Shown here: piece by piece, positions 9,046 through 18,744 of the stretch | How positions within the stretch are numbered: the stretch's first letter is position 1 | How the letters are laid out: each line of letters begins with the position of its first letter | Sequence record: OP617745.1 | Length of the DNA stretch: 64,000 nt | Direction: 5' to 3' (one strand) | Translations under genes and position numbers: made by a program | The notes under the pieces: model-generated | Told to the model about the DNA's origin: nothing | Seen by the model: only the letters and a program-made list of their open reading frames with translations | Database searches by the model: none

Positions 9046-9079
9046 GTCCAGTACAATATAAGTACTGGACATTTTTTTT
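9046..9079 (+). terminator. Rho-independent terminator
   Basis: GTCCAGTAC-aatataa-GTACTGGAC then T8. Confidence 0.8.
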
Positions 9080-9090
9080 AAGGTAAAAAA

Positions 9091-9369
9091 TTGAATATAT
9101 TACAAAAAGTCAATTTATTTGGAAAAGCGTATGTAAATGCTTTTTATGATATTGATAAACGTTATGAATATGCTAATTTTTTAAATAGAGAAATTGAATT
9201 TAGTAGAATGAATAGGTTATTGTCTGGTAAACGAGTAACTATTATTTTTAATGGTTATCAGGGATATATTAATCAAATTCGCCATCTAGATAAGAAAATT
9301 TTTGCATTCGTTTATACTAATAATGGAAATTTATTGGTTAATGTATCTTTTTTGGAATTGATTGAATGA
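9091..9369 (+). CDS. Small hypothetical protein, array family
   Basis: Helix + LLSGKRV...GYINQI...VNVSFLELIE. Confidence 0.65.
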   Translation: MNILQKVNLFGKAYVNAFYDIDKRYEYANFLNREIEFSRMNRLLSGKRVTIIFNGYQGYINQIRHLDKKIFAFVYTNNGNLLVNVSFLELIE

Positions 9370-9650
9370 AATTAATAGACCAAGTTATTCTTTATAAGAA
9401 AGTATTTGATTATATGGAAGATTTTCTTGATGGTACACATTATGAATGTTGCATTTATGTTACATGGAAAAAGAATGTAATGGAAATAGAAAAAGCTACT
9501 ATTTCTAAAATAGTTCGAGTAAAAAGCCTTGATATTATCGGTACTATCATTGAACTTAATATAGGAAGATATTTTGCATTTTTTGGTGTAAAAGTACCTG
9601 AAAACGATTTTGCTCTTATAATTTCATTAGATGATATTGAGTTTCTTTGA
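9366..9650 (+). CDS. Small hypothetical protein, array family
   Basis: Helix + KIVRV...GTIIEL...ISLDDIEFL. Confidence 0.7.
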   Translation: MKLIDQVILYKKVFDYMEDFLDGTHYECCIYVTWKKNVMEIEKATISKIVRVKSLDIIGTIIELNIGRYFAFFGVKVPENDFALIISLDDIEFL

Positions 9651-9679
9651 GTTTTATCTATTTGGTAATATAAAATATT

Positions 9680-9991
9680 ATGGATAAATTACACAAAGCA
9701 GTATTATTTTTAAAAGCATATAGCTATGAGTACTTACAAAGTCATGGAAAATGGAATGGTAGTTATAATGATTTGTATTCATCTGTTTTTCTTAATGAAG
9801 TAAATCTTGTGATATCAGAAGTACAAAAATTATATGAAAGAAAACTTGTGCATACGAGATTTGGTATTGGAATTATTATTAGTATATTTTGCTTCACACA
9901 CGGTTCCTTTTCAGTTACAATCAAAATAATAGTAGAAGGCAAACCACAAACAATAGTATTAAAATTAAGTGAGATATATCTGGATGAATGA
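9680..9991 (+). CDS. Small hypothetical protein, array family
   Basis: Helix + LYERKLV...GIIISI...LKLSEIYLDE. Confidence 0.7.
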   Translation: MDKLHKAVLFLKAYSYEYLQSHGKWNGSYNDLYSSVFLNEVNLVISEVQKLYERKLVHTRFGIGIIISIFCFTHGSFSVTIKIIVEGKPQTIVLKLSEIYLDE

Positions 9992-10256
9992 ACATTTTAA
10001 TAGAATACAATTAATCACCCAACTTCTACAAATGGTTGATGACACATTTGATGAATTAAAAAATAATCTTATGAATAAGAAAATCAAATGTAAGGTATAT
10101 ATGAATGATGGTGATTATTTCGATATGCGTGAAGTTGAAGTAACTGGAATTGTTACTAATATTACTTTGTATGAATATGATCTAACTATTACAGTGAAAA
10201 TCGACGAAGGTCGTGAATATTACGTTTGTAATCAACATATTGAGGTGGTTGAATGA
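9984..10256 (+). CDS. Small hypothetical protein, array family
   Basis: Helix + LMNKKI...GIVTNI...HIEVVE. Confidence 0.7.
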   Translation: MNEHFNRIQLITQLLQMVDDTFDELKNNLMNKKIKCKVYMNDGDYFDMREVEVTGIVTNITLYEYDLTITVKIDEGREYYVCNQHIEVVE

Positions 10257-11398
10257 GTTTAGTAGAAATCTATAATGATTTAATGAATTTAGTACAAAAT
10301 AATGAAGCATTTGAATATAAAGATCAGCGTTCAATTGGCGGTGGTTTGTATAGAATCTTTTCTTATCGAATGGCCTCATATACTGATTTCTGTGAACCTA
10401 ATGCCAAAGAAACACGAGGTTCAATGTGGGAAATCAATGAAGATGGTACTATGATTCGTTGTGCAGCACGTACTATGAATAAATTTTTTAACGCATATGA
10501 AAACCCATTCACAATGTTTGATAAAAATATGCTTAGTACTGAAATTGAAGTGGCGATGGATAAACGAGACGGTTCTATTATCAGTACTTTCAGAGATAAT
10601 GACGGAATTATTCGTTGTAAATCTCACACTTCTCTATCTTCAGAACACGCAATTAATAGTAATGCTATCATGCGTCCTGGTTCTAGTTTATATCAATACG
10701 TAGAAGAAGCTGAACTTCAACAATATACCGTGAACCTCGAATATACTTCACCTGAATATCGTATTGTATTGCCATATCAGAGCGAGAAACTGACTGTATT
10801 GAACGTTCGTCATCGAATCACTGGTGAACTACTGTGTGGTGAAAAACTGCGTCAGAAGTTTCCTATGCTCGCTATGCGTAGCACTAATATTATAAATGGT
10901 CAGAACATTGCCAGTAATTTTCCAATGCGTACTACAGTACTTGAAACGGTGGAAGCAGTAAAAGGAATGCGAGACATTGAAGGATTTGTGGCAGTACTGA
11001 AAGATGGTACAATGTTTAAAATTAAAACAGATTGGTACTGTGCTTTGCATTTTAATAAGGATAGTATTAATGTTGATTCTAGACTTTATGAATCAGTGCT
11101 ACAAGGTGCAAGTGATGATTTAAGGCAAATGTTCTCTAATGATCAGTATTGTCTTGATAAGATTAAAAGGATGGAAGATTTAGTATTCAGTACTTATAAT
11201 TCTTTTGAAAAATTTGTTAACGATTTTTACAATGAATTTAAACATTTAGAACGCAAAGAATATGCACTAAAAGTACAGAAACTGTTACCGAAAGAATTAA
11301 ATCATCAGGGTTATGCTTTCTCTTTGTATAACAATAAACCATTTGATTTAAAGGAAAACATGATCAAATACAGCAAAGAAGTATTAAAAGATTTCTAA
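10253..11398 (+). CDS. rnlA: RNA ligase 1 (T4 Rnl1/gp63-like)
   Basis: YRIFSYRMAS, ETRG, KFFN..ENPF, motif I KRDGS, IEGFV, FKIKTDWY. Confidence 0.9.
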   Translation: MSLVEIYNDLMNLVQNNEAFEYKDQRSIGGGLYRIFSYRMASYTDFCEPNAKETRGSMWEINEDGTMIRCAARTMNKFFNAYENPFTMFDKNMLSTEIEVAMDKRDGSIISTFRDNDGIIRCKSHTSLSSEHAINSNAIMRPGSSLYQYVEEAELQQYTVNLEYTSPEYRIVLPYQSEKLTVLNVRHRITGELLCGEKLRQKFPMLAMRSTNIINGQNIASNFPMRTTVLETVEAVKGMRDIEGFVAVLKDGTMFKIKTDWYCALHFNKDSINVDSRLYESVLQGASDDLRQMFSNDQYCLDKIKRMEDLVFSTYNSFEKFVNDFYNEFKHLERKEYALKVQKLLPKELNHQGYAFSLYNNKPFDLKENMIKYSKEVLKDF

Positions 11399-11410
11399 TA
11401 AGGACACCAA

Positions 11411-11584
11411 ATGAAGAAAAGGAATTCGTGGAGTACTCCTGAAGAATATAGGAAGATTCAGTGTTATTTTGATACAATACACAAAGAAAAATCCAGTTCA
11501 GGAGTACGAAAAAACAGAAATAAAATTAATACTAAAAAGAAAGAACGTATATATTCTTTAGAACGCCATACAAGAGAAGCTTAA
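11411..11584 (+). CDS. Small basic hypothetical protein (57 aa)
   Basis: Read manually; ATG after AAGGAC; below the track length cut-off. Confidence 0.45.
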   Translation: MKKRNSWSTPEEYRKIQCYFDTIHKEKSSSGVRKNRNKINTKKKERIYSLERHTREA

Positions 11585-11597
11585 ACGGGAGATTATT

Positions 11598-11810
11598 ATG
11601 AAAGTACAAATTCAGCACAGTATTGTTCAAGACATGTCAGTGGTTAAATTTAACAATCTTCATGATTTTTTTAGATGTATTGACTTTCTCGATAATTCAT
11701 GTTTAGAATATGATATGATAAAATACAGTTCAGTTCTTGATACTGCCAGTATCAGAGTGAATGAATTGGTACTACATAAATTTAGCAAACGTTTCGGGAT
11801 TGGGAAATGA
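11598..11810 (+). CDS. Small hypothetical protein
   Basis: GGGAG RBS; ORF. Confidence 0.65.
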   Translation: MKVQIQHSIVQDMSVVKFNNLHDFFRCIDFLDNSCLEYDMIKYSSVLDTASIRVNELVLHKFSKRFGIGK

Positions 11811-12073
11811 TTATGTATGAAAAATTTATATCAACTAAAGAAATGCTTCAAAGGTTGATTGACGATAATGACAAAGAAATTATAAGGTATTACACTGGAA
11901 AAAAAGTAAAAATTTCTGCTGAACTCCTTGAGGAACTCGAATTGGAATCAGAGGATGATACTGTATGGACTATATATGCAGTCACTGTATTCGATGATTG
12001 TCTATTTTTTGATGTAGAACACGGTGATGATGATTTACAAGATTTAGAAATAGATGATCTTATATTTCTTTGA
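11807..12073 (+). CDS. Small hypothetical protein, array family
   Basis: YYTGKKVKI...TIYAV...LEIDDLIFL. Confidence 0.7.
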   Translation: MIMYEKFISTKEMLQRLIDDNDKEIIRYYTGKKVKISAELLEELELESEDDTVWTIYAVTVFDDCLFFDVEHGDDDLQDLEIDDLIFL

Positions 12074-12081
12074 GAATAAAA

Positions 12082-12348
12082 ATGAATACAGAACAAGCTA
12101 TTAGTACTATTGAAAATTTAAATAACACTTTAGGAATTCTTGAAAAAATTAAGTTAGATGTTGAATATCAAGTACAAAATTTATTTTTGAATAAGAAAGC
12201 ATTATTCAAGGATGGCACTGAAGGATATATTGTCGAGTTGTTTTCTGAAAATGTAAACCTACCTTATGATTTTCAATTTCTTGTTCGTTCAGAAGGTGGA
12301 TACTTAGATTATATATATGAGGCAAAAGATTTTGTGCAATTCATCTAA
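12082..12348 (+). CDS. Small hypothetical protein, array family
   Basis: Helix + LFLNKKA...GYIVEL...KDFVQFI. Confidence 0.7.
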   Translation: MNTEQAISTIENLNNTLGILEKIKLDVEYQVQNLFLNKKALFKDGTEGYIVELFSENVNLPYDFQFLVRSEGGYLDYIYEAKDFVQFI

Positions 12349-12574
12349 AATAATTAAGCAGTACGAACAATACGTAACTATGCTTGAAACCATGAATGCG
12401 GAATTAGAAGTTTCTGCATTTAATTCTGTACATAGATACTTTATAAATCGTCCAGTACTTTATAAAAATAATGAATATAGAATTCAAAATGTATTCAGAG
12501 ATGAAGAAAGTACTATTATTTTTCTACTGTATAATAATATATATGTGGATTATACTGAAGTAACGTTTATTTAA
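12317..12574 (+). CDS. Small hypothetical protein, array family
   Basis: Helix + YFINRPV...YRIQNV...VDYTEVTFI. Confidence 0.65.
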   Translation: MRQKILCNSSKIIKQYEQYVTMLETMNAELEVSAFNSVHRYFINRPVLYKNNEYRIQNVFRDEESTIIFLLYNNIYVDYTEVTFI

Positions 12575-12585
12575 AGGACATAATA

Positions 12586-13530
12586 ATGCCAACAATCACA
12601 TTAACAGTTGGACTTCCGGGGTGTGGTAAGACTACATGGGCTGTTGAAGAAGTTCGAAGATCTAAAAGTAAAACGGTAAATATCAACCGTGATGATATGC
12701 GAGAAAGTATGGCTGGTTCTCATGAGAATTATAAATTCAAAGATGATAATGAGAAGTACATAGACGCTATGCAAATTGCAGCAGCAGATACAGCAGCAAA
12801 GAATAAGTGGAATATTATTATTTCAGATACCAACCTAAAGTTATCTATCCGAAAGAAATGGAAAGATTGGGCTAAAGCCAATGGCTATGATTACAAAGAA
12901 AAGAATTTCTTTGATGACTTTGTAGCAAAAAGTACTTCAGGTGCAGATGTTCATCAGTACTTTAAAATTAAAGAATTTGTAAAACAATGCAAAGACTATA
13001 ATTTACTTCGCTACAAATCAGTACCTGAATCGGTAATTGATACAATGGCTGATTCTTATTTGTATAGTACTATGCCAGTTCCTTCTATTCAGAAAGATTC
13101 GATGTATGATTTTAGTACTGAATATATCATTGTTGATATTGATGGTACTTTAGCACATAGGGGAAATCGCAACCCATATGATGAAAGTACTGTACTGGAA
13201 GATACACCAGATCTTGAAGTTATTCGTTCAGTACTGGCTGAAGTGAACCATCATAAACGAAAGGTTATTATCATGAGTGGTCGTCATGAAACTTGTGCAA
13301 AAGACACTCGTTTGTGGCTCCATGAAAATGGAGTTCCATTTGAATATCTTTTCATGCGTTCAGAAAATGACAATCGCCCTGATGATGTGGTAAAATATGA
13401 ATTGTACATGAAACATGTTGCACCATATTACAATGTAGTTAAAGTTTATGACGACCGCCAAAGCGTCTGTCAAATGTGGCGTAAACTATTGAAATTGAAA
13501 GTATTTCAGGTTGATGTTGGAAATTTTTGA
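12586..13530 (+). CDS. pseT: Polynucleotide 5'-kinase/3'-phosphatase (T4 PseT-like)
   Basis: P-loop GLPGCGKTT, NRDDMR; HAD domain DIDGT, SGR, DDR. Confidence 0.92.
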   Translation: MPTITLTVGLPGCGKTTWAVEEVRRSKSKTVNINRDDMRESMAGSHENYKFKDDNEKYIDAMQIAAADTAAKNKWNIIISDTNLKLSIRKKWKDWAKANGYDYKEKNFFDDFVAKSTSGADVHQYFKIKEFVKQCKDYNLLRYKSVPESVIDTMADSYLYSTMPVPSIQKDSMYDFSTEYIIVDIDGTLAHRGNRNPYDESTVLEDTPDLEVIRSVLAEVNHHKRKVIIMSGRHETCAKDTRLWLHENGVPFEYLFMRSENDNRPDDVVKYELYMKHVAPYYNVVKVYDDRQSVCQMWRKLLKLKVFQVDVGNF

Positions 13531-13630
13531 TGATTATTGAAGGGGAACACTTGATCCCCTTCTCTTCTTTTGATAAAATAGAACTACAAATAGAAAAATA
13601 ATCAAGACTCGGTACTTGGAATAAGAAAAA

Positions 13631-13897
13631 ATGAAACAATTTTATGAACACTGGAAGATGTTATTTAATAGTACAGAGTCGTTGTACTGGAATAGATATT
13701 ATTCCGGTTGTATCAATGAATTGTATAATCATTTTTTATATGAAGCTACTTCATCATTAAAAGGACAAACAGTTCAACACAATGTCTACGGTGAGTGCAG
13801 AATTGCAAGAGTTTATTCTTTTTATGATGATGAACTATTTTGTACAACATATTCGAATTTATACAGAATGGATGTAAAATTGCGAGATTTAATTTAA
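13631..13897 (+). CDS. Small hypothetical protein, array family
   Basis: Helix + LKGQTVQH..YG.CRI..V...VKLRDLI. Confidence 0.7.
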   Translation: MKQFYEHWKMLFNSTESLYWNRYYSGCINELYNHFLYEATSSLKGQTVQHNVYGECRIARVYSFYDDELFCTTYSNLYRMDVKLRDLI

Positions 13898-14199
13898 TGA
13901 ATTTATCAGAATGTATAAAATTGACTAAATTTTTAGATTCAGTGAATGATCGTATGTTTGAGGAATTTTGTGATAATACTGAATATTTAAATATAGTAAT
14001 GTGTATTTTTCATAAACATTTAAATGGGTATATTGATGAACTGAATAAAAAACTAAAAAACAGAGAACTTTTCGTGTATGGTTTAGGTTATTGTGTAATT
14101 TATGATGTTTATCGTTCGATACACGGTGAATTAAAATGTACAGTAACATTTGAAAATGAATATCATAATGTCTATATGAAATACTCAAAACTTGTATGA
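13897..14199 (+). CDS. Small hypothetical protein, array family
   Basis: TAATG overlap; ELNKKLKNREL...G.CVI.DV. Confidence 0.7.
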   Translation: MNLSECIKLTKFLDSVNDRMFEEFCDNTEYLNIVMCIFHKHLNGYIDELNKKLKNRELFVYGLGYCVIYDVYRSIHGELKCTVTFENEYHNVYMKYSKLV

Positions 14200-14489
14200 A
14201 TAAAATAAAATCACTTGATATTGCTTATACCCTATTTTATATCAAAGATCATATAGATGACTCTTTTTACAAAGTTATAGTCGATTATACAGAGAATTTA
14301 ATACAAGAACTTAACACAATACTTATTGGTAGTGACTGTATTGTTAAACCATCTGGTGTTGAATTCAAAGCTACAATTGATTCAATATTGTTTAGTTCTA
14401 TTTCTGGTTTAGTATATAAAGTGACTGAAAATACTAAATCATTTTATAGTTATCGTTATGTTAATCCATTAAAAATTGAGTTCTTATGA
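14196..14489 (+). CDS. Small hypothetical protein, array family
   Basis: ELNTILIGSDC...ATIDSI...VNPLKIEFL. Confidence 0.7.
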   Translation: MNKIKSLDIAYTLFYIKDHIDDSFYKVIVDYTENLIQELNTILIGSDCIVKPSGVEFKATIDSILFSSISGLVYKVTENTKSFYSYRYVNPLKIEFL

Positions 14490-14761
14490 AATCACTCAAA
14501 GAAGATATTAATTTCAAATTATTATCAGTACTGAAAGAACATACTTTTAGTAACCCACTTTGTCAAGATTTACTTAATTCAATATATTATAATAAAATTA
14601 CCAAATATGTTGATAATAAATGTTATTTTATTCATGACAAAGAAAAAGTATGCTCAACCATAAATGGGTTTTATGTATCCAAAAACGGTGATGTTTTATG
14701 TTATTTGTATCATAATAAAACATACAATTTTATAGAATTAAAGGATGTATATATTGAATAG
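14486..14761 (+). CDS. Small hypothetical protein, array family
   Basis: Helix + YVDNKC...STINGF...IELKDVYIE. Confidence 0.7.
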   Translation: MKSLKEDINFKLLSVLKEHTFSNPLCQDLLNSIYYNKITKYVDNKCYFIHDKEKVCSTINGFYVSKNGDVLCYLYHNKTYNFIELKDVYIE

Positions 14762-15041
14762 TATTCAGGATGATATAGAAAGGAGAATATACTTCATTGT
14801 AGTGTGTTATAAAAGAAAATACACTACGCAGTACTATAAAATTTCTGGAATGCAAGATTAAATTTAGAAATTAAAAACATATTATACTATCAGAGGATAT
14901 TGTGATGGATTCTTATTTAGATGAATTGATTATTGATTTACTAGTTTCTTCAGTACTATCACGACGTGGTGAAAAAAAATCACGCAAATACAATAAAGAA
15001 AAATTTGATGATTATTTGCGTGATTTTCTGGGAAGATTCAG

Positions 15042-15227
15042 ATGAATCAACATCAAGATTACAAATATCATAAGCTGCTTGATGAATTCACAGAAAATAT
15101 AAAAATGTATGGGGTGCTAAAACAGATAGAAACAAAACATAAAACAGGAGACTATTTCAATAAAAGATGTAATTCAATTATAAAGAGATTTGTTACAGAA
15201 AGTAATTTTATTATTAAAGGAAAATAA
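15042..15227 (+). CDS. Small hypothetical protein
   Basis: Short ORF within the operon. Confidence 0.5.
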   Translation: MNQHQDYKYHKLLDEFTENIKMYGVLKQIETKHKTGDYFNKRCNSIIKRFVTESNFIIKGK

Positions 15228-15434
15228 TTTATGGATATTGATGATACGTATTTGTATAATCTTGAATTAGTGAGAGTTGGTGTATTGTTGACCACTTATT
15301 ATACTAACTACAAATGTATTAATTCTGTTATAAATTCTATACTTGATTCATGGGTATATTATAGTTCCAGATTACTATAATGATTAATTTAAATTTAAGT
15401 TACAAAACACATAACTTCGAAAGTATAAAATTTG

Positions 15435-15734
15435 ATGAATAAAATAAATGACGCATATCATACTTGGGAAATGCTTTTTGACTTAACTGATGATTTTTAT
15501 CCAAGTAACTATTCAAATGTTTATTATGAAGTATATAAAAATTATTATTCAGAACTTAATAATTATGTCAAAGGAACTAAAGTTGAACTTATATTATTAT
15601 ATTCAGTGAGTCCTTCAAAACTAGGAACTGTTAATTCAATAAATGTGACACCATTTGGATTACACTTTGAAATAGAACTGTGCCATAATTCAGTAATAGT
15701 TTTCCGTGAATATTGTGAAATAAAAGAATGTTAA
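15435..15734 (+). CDS. Small hypothetical protein, array family
   Basis: ELNNYVKGTKV...GTVNSI. Confidence 0.7.
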   Translation: MNKINDAYHTWEMLFDLTDDFYPSNYSNVYYEVYKNYYSELNNYVKGTKVELILLYSVSPSKLGTVNSINVTPFGLHFEIELCHNSVIVFREYCEIKEC

Positions 15735-15748
15735 TATGTGGGGTTATC

Positions 15749-16009
15749 ATGAATTTAAAAACTGATATAGAATATTTCAATTTACTTATGTCATTAGTAA
15801 ATGAACAATTGGAGCACATGAATAATACTTATAAAAATACAAATGTATTAATAGATTCATATAAACAAAATTTATATGATGAAGAGGGGAGTATTTTATC
15901 ATTTGATATTTCGGATAAAGACGTAACATTAATGATAAGTGTTCAATACAGTAACAGTTGGTTTGGTCGTTTAAACTCAGAATATCATGATTTTGTGATC
16001 AAAAAATAA
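15749..16009 (+). CDS. Small hypothetical protein, array family
   Basis: MNNTYKNTNV...GSILSF. Confidence 0.65.
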   Translation: MNLKTDIEYFNLLMSLVNEQLEHMNNTYKNTNVLIDSYKQNLYDEEGSILSFDISDKDVTLMISVQYSNSWFGRLNSEYHDFVIKK

Positions 16010-16018
16010 CAAAAAATA

Positions 16019-16047
16019 TTGCAATGGCTTCTATTGTGTTGTATAGT
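16019..16047 (+). promoter_or_regulatory. Sigma70-like promoter
   Basis: TTGCAA-N17-TATAGT. Confidence 0.55.
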
Positions 16048-16142
16048 CTGTGTATCAGTCTCACTGATGGATGTAAAATAAAAATTGAATATTTTTCGTA
16101 TCAATGATATAGTGTTATAAACATATAAAAGAGGAAATAAAA

Positions 16143-16814
16143 ATGATCGCTATCTGGTTTATTATGGTTATTCTTGTCGGTGTTTGGGCTAATGCATGTG
16201 GTCGTAGTGGTATTTTATTCGGTCTGCTGTCACTAATTTTGTCACCACTGATTGGTGCAATTGTGCTTCTTTGTGCTGGTAAAAAAGTTGTTGCAACACA
16301 ACCACAAAATATGCAACCAATTCAGAACATCGTAATTCATACCAACGGTACTACTCCATCAGAAGTACAAGTAACAACTGATACTACTGTACTGGAAAAA
16401 GAAGACGAATCTGATAAAAAAAAAGATCAAAGTCTTGAACCCGTAGAAGCAACCGAAGTATCTGAAATAGTAAATGAGGTTGTTGAATCTTCTCCAAAAG
16501 AAGATAATACGAATCCAGTACCAGTTACTAAACAAAAGAGAGCACAACAAGCGAAAAAAGCACGTACTGTTAAAAAGAAATCAAGTACTGTTGGTGCAAC
16601 TAAACAAACAAAAACAACTAAAACTGTTGTCGATGATTCCAGTGCTAAAAATACATCAAACAACAATGATAGTATTGATAGTACTTCAATCGTACCTGGT
16701 GTATCCGCTGCTGTTATTACAACCCAAATCCTAACGGAGAGTAGTTCAGTGGATAGTAGCTCTTCATACGATTCTGGGAGTTGTGACAGTTCTTCAAGTT
16801 CTTCATGTGATTAA
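16143..16814 (+). CDS. Membrane-anchored protein with a low-complexity K/T/S-rich tail
   Basis: Two N-terminal TM helices; ends SSSYDSGSCDSSSSSSCD; GAGG RBS. Confidence 0.8.
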   Translation: MIAIWFIMVILVGVWANACGRSGILFGLLSLILSPLIGAIVLLCAGKKVVATQPQNMQPIQNIVIHTNGTTPSEVQVTTDTTVLEKEDESDKKKDQSLEPVEATEVSEIVNEVVESSPKEDNTNPVPVTKQKRAQQAKKARTVKKKSSTVGATKQTKTTKTVVDDSSAKNTSNNNDSIDSTSIVPGVSAAVITTQILTESSSVDSSSSYDSGSCDSSSSSSCD

Positions 16815-16820
16815 TAAACA

Positions 16821-16850
16821 AAAGAAGCCCAAATAAGGGCTTCTTTTTAT
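16821..16850 (+). terminator. Rho-independent terminator
   Basis: AAAGAAGCCC-aaataa-GGGCTTCTTT then T-run. Confidence 0.85.
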
Positions 16851-16876
16851 TTAAGTAAAATATATTAAGGATTAAT

Positions 16877-17623
16877 ATGAGACATTATTTACAAGTAACC
16901 GTACCGGATGAGAAGGAATTATATATTGTTGGTGATATTCATGGCAATGCAAGACTGTGGGATTTAACTAAAAAAGAATTTGGAATCACTGATAATGATG
17001 TAGTATTCAGTCTAGGTGATATTGTGGATCGTGGTAAAAATAATTCCAAATTACTATTTGAATTTCTTTTTCAAGACAATCGTTATATGATTAACGGAAA
17101 TCACGAATCCATGCTCGTTGATGGATTGACTAATCGTGAATGGTATCATTGTCATATGAGTAATGGTGGAGACAAACTATACGAAGAACTTGGTCATACT
17201 GGTGTAGAATTCTTTGCTCAGTATTTAAAAGATTTACCCATGATCATAGAAATACGTTATCGTGGTATGAAAATTGGATTAGTACACGGTTGCTGTCCTT
17301 TACGTTATACAGACTGGAACGAATTTTTAACTGATAGTTCAACGTTATCTCCAAAAATTGTTGAAGAATGTATTTGGTCCAGAAATGATTTTGACTATGC
17401 AAAACAAAACAACACTTATCATTCACCAAGAATTTCCAATATTGATTATGTTATTTCAGGACATTCCCCTGTATTTGATCCACTAATTTATGGAAACCGA
17501 TGGTGGATTGATTCACAATTTAGTACTGGAGATTTGACTGTAGTACAACCAAACAGTGGAAAACTTAGATATTTTAGAAGAGAAAAGGATGCATATTCTT
17601 TTGATCGTAAACGTGGTTATTAA
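16877..17623 (+). CDS. Ser/Thr protein phosphatase family metallophosphoesterase (NinI-like)
   Basis: GDIHG, GDIVDRG, GNHE, GHSP motifs. Confidence 0.9.
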   Translation: MRHYLQVTVPDEKELYIVGDIHGNARLWDLTKKEFGITDNDVVFSLGDIVDRGKNNSKLLFEFLFQDNRYMINGNHESMLVDGLTNREWYHCHMSNGGDKLYEELGHTGVEFFAQYLKDLPMIIEIRYRGMKIGLVHGCCPLRYTDWNEFLTDSSTLSPKIVEECIWSRNDFDYAKQNNTYHSPRISNIDYVISGHSPVFDPLIYGNRWWIDSQFSTGDLTVVQPNSGKLRYFRREKDAYSFDRKRGY

Positions 17624-17635
17624 TAAGGATAAAAT

Positions 17636-18073
17636 ATGAAACTATATCTATTAGTTAACAGTTATTGTACTGGTAAACAAGCATATATTCAGGCAATGCA
17701 CGCTGGTTTTGATCTACTCATGAAATATCATGATGATTCAACCTATGGTACCAAATGTGTCGATATGATCACCGATTGGTACAATAATCATAAAACAGTA
17801 GTAGTACTGAATGCTGGTAATTCAGATATGCTTCATTATTATGAGACCATTCTTGACGCACAACAAACAGTTCCATACGATGTTTTCTGTGAACCCGGAC
17901 TGGATGGTGCCATGACTGCAATTGCAGTACTCGCCAGTACTGAAATGGTGGAAGATATGAAACACATGCGTGATGGTTTATATGATGATGTTCCTGGATT
18001 TTTTGGTGTAAAATATGGTTGTGAATTAGAAGAAATCCTAACTGACATGAGTACCATGAGAACTGCGGATTAA
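17636..18073 (+). CDS. Peptidyl-tRNA hydrolase 2 (PTH2)-like protein
   Basis: GKQAYIQAMHA, W....KTVVVL, FCEP.L....TAIAV pattern. Confidence 0.7.
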   Translation: MKLYLLVNSYCTGKQAYIQAMHAGFDLLMKYHDDSTYGTKCVDMITDWYNNHKTVVVLNAGNSDMLHYYETILDAQQTVPYDVFCEPGLDGAMTAIAVLASTEMVEDMKHMRDGLYDDVPGFFGVKYGCELEEILTDMSTMRTAD

Positions 18074-18744
18074 TGAAAATTTATAATAAAGAAACTAAAC
18101 TTTATAATAATGTTATAAAATTGTATAATTCTGAAATTAATTACTTAAAAAGCAAAGTTAAGAAACTCAAAAACAATCCAGTACTTAGAAATGAAATAAA
18201 ACGAACCAACGAATTATACATCAAAAAGGCAAAAACTGAATTATCAAAAGAACATTACACCGCTTACAGTAACTGGATGGAAGCATCCTTAAATGTAAAC
18301 AAAATAAAGCACAATTTGGGAATAAAAAGTTATTTACAACTAATAACCGATTTAGAAACACAAAAGGAATTTGTATTAAAAGAAATAGAAAACCAGTTAG
18401 GTTCAGTTTTATTTCATTTGTGTGAATTAGATGGTAATTCCTCAACGCATTATTCTTTCTTTAGTATGAATGGTGTATATATTTGGATTACCAACATCGC
18501 AACATCATATATTTTATATGATAATTTTGATTATTACAGTACTGAATTATTTGAGGAACTTATAAAGTACCTTCCCAAGAAAAATTCTGAACTGAAATTC
18601 ATTTTGCATGGTAAAAATAAGCATATAATTGTAAAAGATGATATTTTTATTCTTTTTGATGAAGTAAATTTTAACCATTTTAGTACAGGATCACTACAGG
18701 AACTATTTGAAGAAATTATAAGGATTAATAATGAGTATACCTAG
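18073..18744 (+). CDS. Hypothetical protein
   Basis: Translationally coupled ORF. Confidence 0.7.
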   Translation: MKIYNKETKLYNNVIKLYNSEINYLKSKVKKLKNNPVLRNEIKRTNELYIKKAKTELSKEHYTAYSNWMEASLNVNKIKHNLGIKSYLQLITDLETQKEFVLKEIENQLGSVLFHLCELDGNSSTHYSFFSMNGVYIWITNIATSYILYDNFDYYSTELFEELIKYLPKKNSELKFILHGKNKHIIVKDDIFILFDEVNFNHFSTGSLQELFEEIIRINNEYT

